This document shows positions 31,787 to 33,970 of a stretch of 33,970 nucleotides of DNA, one piece after another. A program made the translations under genes and the position numbers. The DNA comes from Octopus sinensis. Lineage: Eukaryota. Where the stretch lies: NCBI RefSeq assembly GCF_006345805.1, contig NW_021829874.1, positions 1 to 33,970 on the forward strand. The letters are read 5' to 3'. The notes under the pieces were generated by a model. The model saw only the letters and a program-made list of their open reading frames with translations, was not told where the DNA came from and did no database searches. Numbering within the stretch: the stretch's first letter is position 1; every line of letters begins with the position of its first letter.

Positions 31787-33739
31787 GGAGAGTGTGTGTG
31801 TTTGTGTTTGGTGTGTTTGTGTGTGTTTGTGTGTTAGTGTGTGTTTGTGGTGTGTGTGTGGTTGTGTGTGTGTGAGTGAGAGTGTGTGTGTGAGTGTATA
31901 TATATATATATGCCTGAAAAGTCGTGTGATCTACTCACGGTATTGAGATATCGGCCTGATGGTCGAGAAGAAACAGGGCACTGACCACGTCCTGCTTGTC
32001 GAGGGCCTGGTGCAGGAGGGTCATCTGGTCCACGTTGGTCTCGTTGATGTTCGCTCCGGCCGACAGCAGGCTGACGGCCGTGCCGTGCAGGCCGTTCCAC
32101 AGGGCCAGGCCGAGGACGCTCTGACCTTCCGAGTCCTTTAGGTTGAAGTTGGGCACAAACACCGTCGTGTCCTCACTGGCTGTGTGTTTGGCTGGAAGAG
32201 GAGAGGAGGGAACCAAACGACCATTAGCAGCAGTAGTAGTGGTGGTGGTGATGATGGTGGTGGTGGTGGTGGTGGTGATGGTGGTGGTGGTGGTGGTGAT
32301 GGTGGTGGTGGTGGTGATGGTGGTGGTGGTGGTGGTGGTGGTGATGGTGGTGGTGGTGGTGGTGGTGGTGGTGATGGTGGTGGTGGTGTGGTGGTGGTGG
32401 TGGTGGTGGTGATGGTGGTGGTGGTGGTGGTGGTGGTGGTGATGGTGGTGGTGGTGTGGTGGTGGGTGGTGGTGGTGGTGGTGTGATGGTGATGGTGATG
32501 GGGGTGTGGGTGTGGTGGTGGTGATGGTGGTGGTGATGGTGGTGGTGGTGATGGTGGTGGTGGTGGTGGTGGTGATGGTGGTGGTGGTGGTGGTGGTGGT
32601 GGTGATGGTGGTGGTGATGGTGGTGGTGGTGGTGATGGTGATGGTGGTGGTGATGGTGGTGGTGGTGGTGGTGGTGGTGATGGTGGGGTGGTGATGGTGG
32701 TGGTGGGATGGTGGTGGTGGTGGTGGTGGTGATGGTGGTGGTGGTGGTGGTGGTGATGGTGGTGGTGATGGTGGTGGTGGTGATGGTGGTGGTGGTGGTG
32801 GTGGTAGTAGTAGTGGTGGTGGTGGTGGTGGTGGTAGTAGTGGTGGTGGTGGTAGGGGAGGTAGTAGTAGTAGTAGTAGTGGTAATTGTAGTAGTAGTAG
32901 TGGTGGTAGTAGTGGTGGTGGTAGTAGTGGTGGTAGTAGCAGTGGTGGTGGTGGTGGTGTTAGTGGTGGTGGTAGTAGTAGTAGTAGTGGTGGTGGTGGT
33001 AGTAATAGTACTAGTAGTAGTAGTTGTAGTAGTAGTAGTAGTAATTGTAGTAGTAGTAGTGGTGGTGGTGGTGGTAGTCGTAATGGTAGTAGTAGTAGTT
33101 GTTGTAGGAGGAGGAGGAGATGCAAAGTGGTGGGGAAGGGAGTTAGGGAGGACGTGGGGAGGAATGGAAAGGGGGGGAAGAGGGAGGGAGGGATGGAGGA
33201 AGGAGGAGGATCATAGATCTGTTTAACTAGGATTGAGCTGGGGTTAAACAACAATAACAATGAAACAACAGGATGGCCACAGCTGGAGCATCTTTGCTCA
33301 TGGGTCTGACTGGATCAGGACTGACCTTGGGCTAAACAACAACAAGGAAGGACACATTAGACGATGTACTCCAAGATACACAATGTCAGAGTAAAGGACA
33401 GGGTGGTCACAACTGGATTATTATTGATCAGCAACAACAAAGGAAACATTAGATGATGTAGTCCAAGGTGGACTAGGCCCACATACCTTTGTGCTCCAAA
33501 AAGAGACTGACGATCTCCTCATACTTGTGAATTATGGCCAGGTGCAGCGGTGTCTGCTTGCCGACAGGTGCTGCTTTGGGGTTGCCGTCTTCGTCTACCT
33601 CGGTGTACAGGGCCAGGGCAGATGTTGTTGACTGGGGCACTTCTGCAGTCTGCGCATTCGGGTTCGCTCCCCGCTCCAGTAGGACCTTCACCAGTGGCGC
33701 CAGCCCCTTTGTGCAGGCAATGTGAAGGGCTGTCTCACC
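7524..33739 (-). CDS. ANKFY1: Rabankyrin-5 / ankyrin repeat and FYVE domain-containing protein 1, 3' portion (14 exons, 687 aa); 5' exons outside the window
   Basis: Join of minus-strand exons 33739-33487, 32191-31939, 27382-27214, 24950-24832, 22754-22692, 22427-22334, 19328-19128, 18109-17933, 16728-16581, 14496-14406, 13557-13433, 10659-10513, 9738-9648, 7656-7524. All introns GT-AG with matching phases; total 2064 nt with an open frame. The peptide is colinear with my recollection of the human ANKFY1 C-terminal half (e.g. DNKGRNFLH..DIESVLFLISVHA.VNSRVQD, DMLSKEPPWCDG, RKHHCRHCGRLLC, KPVRVCNICFDVL). Confidence 0.96.
7736..7972 (+). mobile_element. Deleted Tc1/mariner element with transposase C-terminal remnant
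   Basis: TA-flanked imperfect TIRs (ggttagccaaaagttacccgaca / tgtcagctgacttttggccaacc). Internal peptide LNTLCNSVLTRIEKCVAEEGLQF resembles the R-l-x-x-C-i-x-x-x-G-x-h-F end of Tc1/mariner transposases. Confidence 0.7.
8018..8325 (+). mobile_element. SINE-like family B
   Basis: Family B body with (GAT)n tail. Confidence 0.8.
8636..8995 (-). mobile_element. CR1-group LINE ORF2 C-terminal remnant
   Basis: IYIWKILEGLVP...NSLGFRGPQLFNILPKCLR...FKTKLDLLL.GVPDEP...AASNSLVDQ, typical of the post-RT C-terminus of CR1-like LINEs. Confidence 0.75.
9026..9427 (+). mobile_element. SINE family A, full length
   Basis: Head with A/B boxes, microsatellite and tail. Confidence 0.85.
9648..9738 (-). CDS. ANKFY1: ANKFY1 in-window exon 13, FYVE N-half (DMLSKEPPWCDGENCLECGVKFGIKTRKHHC)
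   Basis: Acceptor tgccag|AC, donor TG|gtaagt; 91 nt, phase 1 to 2; begins the R(R/K)HHCR PI3P-binding motif. Confidence 0.95.
9826..10443 (+). mobile_element. SINE family A, duplicated head plus tail
   Basis: Heads at about 9826 and 10027, one tail. Confidence 0.85.
10513..10659 (-). CDS. ANKFY1: ANKFY1 in-window exon 12 (ALLLAYLNGNGPVCRALVRANACLGLTNKHGCSIFNATVASKQLIFKLL)
   Basis: Acceptor tttcag|CT, donor G|gtgagt; 147 nt, phase 1 to 1. Confidence 0.94.
10720..11933 (+). mobile_element. piggyBac-type non-autonomous element containing a 7 x ~103-bp tandem array
   Basis: TTAA|CCCCTTACCC ... GGGTAAGGGG|TTAA (TTAA at 10716-10719 and 11934-11937). Confidence 0.85.
10750..11490 (+). repeat. Tandem array, unit ~103 bp, 7 copies
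   Basis: Units start at 10750, 10854, 10957, 11060, 11163, 11266 and 11380; each carries cgagttaactcg or a close variant. Confidence 0.95.
12097..12406 (+). mobile_element. Shorter (310 bp) copy of the same piggyBac-type MITE with one repeat unit
   Basis: Same TIRs; TTAA at 12093-12096 and 12407-12410; abuts a family A SINE tail fragment (12035-12092). Confidence 0.85.
12648..13305 (+). mobile_element. SINE family A with ~280-bp expanded internal (TA)n
   Basis: Head, long TA tract, tail. Confidence 0.85.
13433..13557 (-). CDS. ANKFY1: ANKFY1 in-window exon 11 (GQNPLHILCQYGKDNAAAIFELFREAMPDYPIDAPDMEGNS)
   Basis: Acceptor tttag|G, donor G|gtgaga; 125 nt, phase 2 to 1. Confidence 0.94.
13637..14227 (+). 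mobile_element. SINE family A, duplicated head plus tail
   Basis: Heads at about 13637 and 13848, one tail. Confidence 0.85.
14406..14496 (-). CDS. ANKFY1: ANKFY1 in-window exon 10 (ALHIAVAHGNMHTIRCLLTESTIEAEVPNGK)
   Basis: Acceptor tttcag|CC, donor AA|gtaagt; 91 nt, phase 1 to 2. Confidence 0.93.
14620..15157 (+). repeat. Minisatellite, 83-bp unit, about 6.5 copies
   Basis: gatgactggtgtttgatgactgatgggtgatgagtggtgaatgatgtatggtgaatggcaatgactgacaggtgattcaacgt repeated; the ORF-track starts at 14764, 14847 and 14930 are 83 bp apart. Confidence 0.9.
15484..15670 (-). mobile_element. tRNA-derived SINE family D with Nin/Deu-like central domain
   Basis: Minus strand ctggcagaa..gttagc...gagttcaaatccc (B box)...gcctttcatcctttccaggttgataaa...ctggggtcaatgtaattgac. 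A shorter fragment lies at about 22572-22630. Confidence 0.6.
15698..16550 (+). repeat. Degenerate (GGT)n repeat with higher-order duplication of ~200 bp
   Basis: The block gacggagctggtatggtcatgttagtgtgttgg recurs at about 16050 and 16240, with a variant at 16448. Confidence 0.9.
16581..16728 (-). CDS. ANKFY1: ANKFY1 in-window exon 9 (ILAGADVNERTLHGESALHLSSMNDNPSLVTALLENGVEINAVDENQNN)
   Basis: Acceptor ttgcag|ATC, donor G|gtaggt; 148 nt, phase 0 to 1; read manually. Confidence 0.93.
16778..17622. mobile_element. SINE cluster: two family A heads (-), family B (+, 17126-17457), family A head (-)
   Basis: Direct sequence matches to the other copies in the window. Confidence 0.8.
17933..18109 (-). 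CDS. ANKFY1: ANKFY1 in-window exon 8 (TDNKGRNFLHTAIMNGDIESVLFLISVHADVNSRVQD...SEIITRNL)
   Basis: Acceptor ttttag|ACT, donor CTG|gtgagt; 177 nt, phase 0 to 0. Confidence 0.95.
18165..18469 (-). mobile_element. Non-autonomous Helitron, 305 bp
   Basis: Minus strand A|TCTTTATATATAAAG ... hairpin CCCGAGC-AAC-GCCGGG ... CTAG|T: TC start, subterminal GC hairpin, CTAG end, A/T target and no TSD. Confidence 0.85.
18525..18960 (-). mobile_element. SINE family A, full length
   Basis: Reverse complement of head, microsatellite and tail. Confidence 0.85.
19128..19328 (-). CDS. ANKFY1: ANKFY1 in-window exon 7 (DAEGNCPLHIAIQNQH...NREPTAAEQ)
   Basis: Acceptor caacag|GAC, donor CAG|gtaagg; 201 nt, phase 0 to 0. 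Confidence 0.93.
19390..19800 (+). repeat. (GGT)n-type simple repeat
   Basis: Seen directly in the sequence. Confidence 0.95.
19892..21027 (+). repeat. (TAA)n tracts (19892-20227, 20781-21027) enclosing a ~550-bp inserted element (20228-20780)
   Basis: A complex-sequence block sits between two long TAA arrays. This fits a TAA-targeting non-autonomous retroelement; the family assignment is unverified. Confidence 0.6.
21027..21955 (-). mobile_element. SINE-like family B with internal ~190-bp unit amplified about 4 times
   Basis: gattggtgtatt(tt)a(c/t)gtg recurs at about 21257, 21451, 21649 and 21832. Confidence 0.8.
22041..22127 (+). mobile_element. Very short 3' end of a (TAA)n-tailed LINE (R4/Dong-like) within a TAA array
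   Basis: gaggtctctgggtgagacttgg...caaacatagaataataat flanked by TAA repeats; R4/Dong elements are known to target (TAA)n. The family call is from recall. Confidence 0.5.
22334..22427 (-). CDS. ANKFY1: ANKFY1 in-window exon 6 (DGQTPLHLSCAWGLELVVQCLMEHGADVNIQ)
   Basis: Acceptor gagcag|A, donor CAG|gtgtgt; 94 nt, phase 2 to 0. This frame is absent from the ORF track and was read manually. Confidence 0.93.
22692..22754 (-). CDS. ANKFY1: ANKFY1 in-window exon 5, 63-nt mini-exon (SACDKNSPRRPGPNEEGGEEAR)
   Basis: Acceptor cgatag|C, donor AG|gtatat; phase 2 to 2; matches recalled human SGCDVNSPRQPGANGEGEEEAR. Confidence 0.9.
22951..23385 (-). mobile_element. RTE-clade LINE ORF C-terminal remnant with two C2H2-like zinc fingers
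   Basis: WEGIAIDRRRWRRIVHEG..FE (RTE W...A.DR..WR motif), then CNVCARPCLSKAGLKSHLCSH and CRACGRECNSAGGLERHAEVH. Confidence 0.75.
23625..23853 (+). mobile_element. SINE-like family B
   Basis: Family B body with (GAT)n tail. Confidence 0.8.
23950..24125 (-). mobile_element. mariner right end with transposase C-terminus
   Basis: TA|CGAGGGTGAGTCAAAAAGT terminus; minus-strand frame reads YGVGIHTLIRRQNIAIERNGDYVEK-stop, the typical mariner ending. Confidence 0.8.
24129..24754 (-). mobile_element. Second copy of the 366-1269 MITE family, inverted, left part duplicated
   Basis: TIR copies at 24129 and ending at 24564 and 24754; the body is the reverse complement of 862-1269. Confidence 0.8.
24832..24950 (-). 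CDS. ANKFY1: ANKFY1 in-window exon 4 (VKHGCDVDMWGEGPDGCQQNLLHQAIDENNEAVSCFLIR)
   Basis: Acceptor ctccag|GTA, donor AG|gtgtgt; 119 nt, phase 0 to 2. Confidence 0.93.
25071..25606 (+). mobile_element. 5'-truncated CR1-group LINE 3' end
   Basis: VRPILE..(frameshift)..KDIQHLERVQKLATRMV.GFKNLSYEERL..LELYSLEKRRRRGDLI...RGH...FSIRVADPWNKLP...FK..LD, then a short 3' UTR and (AACT)n tail. Confidence 0.85.
26057..26700 (+). mobile_element. SINE family A, duplicated head plus tail
   Basis: Heads at about 26057 and 26252. Confidence 0.85.
26712..27170 (+). repeat. Degenerate (CA)n tract
   Basis: Seen directly in the sequence. Confidence 0.95.
27214..27382 (-). CDS. ANKFY1: ANKFY1 in-window exon 3 (TPEGDAPLQLAIKRHLPVIVEALC...GQEDIAHIL)
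   Basis: Acceptor ttgcag|G, donor TTG|gtaagg; 169 nt, phase 2 to 0. Confidence 0.93.
27449..29340 (+). repeat. Minisatellite, ~49-53-bp unit built from GACA/GACG/GA modules, roughly 35 copies
   Basis: gacagatagacagatggagagagacagagagacagacggacggacg(gacg)ggcg repeated; it decays into a (GACA)n-like tract up to 29885. Confidence 0.92.
29886..31897 (+). repeat. ~2 kb degenerate (TG)n tract
   Basis: Seen directly in the sequence. Confidence 0.95.
31939..32191 (-). CDS. ANKFY1: ANKFY1 in-window exon 2 (AKHTASEDTTVFVPNFNLKDSEGQSVLGLALW...DHQADISI)
   Basis: Acceptor cttccag|CC, donor ATACC|gtgagt; 253 nt, phase 1 to 2. Confidence 0.92.
32232..33110 (+). repeat. (GGT)n/(AGT)n simple repeat
   Basis: Seen directly in the sequence. 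Confidence 0.95.
33487..33739 (-). CDS. ANKFY1: ANKFY1 in-window exon 1 (ankyrin repeats, GETALHIAC...QTPLHLAIIHKYEEIVSLFLEHK)
   Basis: Acceptor ctccag|GGT, donor AAAG|gtatgt; 253 nt, phase 0 to 1; ankyrin TALH/TPLH motifs. Confidence 0.93.
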
Positions 33740-33970
33740 CTGGAGTGTAGAAGAGAGTGATGAAGAGAGAGGCACAGACAGATTGAGGAAGAGAGAGAGA
33801 GAGCCAGAATGGGGGAGAAGGGGAGAGAGAGAGAGAAGAGAAGGAGAGAGAGAGAAGAGAGGGAGAGACAAGAGAGGGAGAGAGAGAGAGAAGAGAGAGA
33901 GAGAAGAGAGGCAGAGAGAGAGAGAAGAGAGGCAGAGAGAGAGAAGAGAGGCAGAGAGAGAGAAGAGAAG

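Noticed and set aside
27291-31946. Very long ORFs (791, 805, 1294 aa and the Cys/Val-rich frames)
   Set aside because: They are translations of the minisatellite and (TG)n tract, open in several frames because the repeats lack stops, and they lie inside an intron defined by flanking exons.

Overview
Eukaryotic genomic DNA, very rich in repeats and microsatellites. The SINE families look like those of Octopus/coleoid cephalopods; this is inferred from recall and not checked against a database. The only host gene I can support is the 3' part of a rabankyrin-5 (ANKFY1) orthologue on the minus strand. I traced 14 GT-AG exons by hand (33739 down to the stop at 7524). All intron phases are compatible, giving 2064 nt = 687 aa + stop, with ankyrin repeats followed by a C-terminal FYVE finger; the 5' exons lie beyond the window. 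Introns and flanks contain tRNA-derived SINEs, CR1/RTE/R4-like LINE remnants, Tc1/mariner and piggyBac-type MITEs, a non-autonomous Helitron, minisatellites and long simple repeats. The most interesting non-coding signal is a 153-bp-arm foldback at 3531-3880. Each arm carries a minimal type I hammerhead-ribozyme-like motif (variant core CCGANGA, 1-nt loop III) followed by AATAAA, as in Penelope-like element repeats. Also notable: a piggyBac-type MITE that has amplified an internal palindromic 103-bp unit, and a MITE family whose left part is tandemly reiterated at two independent loci. Nearly all long ORFs in the supplied track are simple-repeat artefacts.
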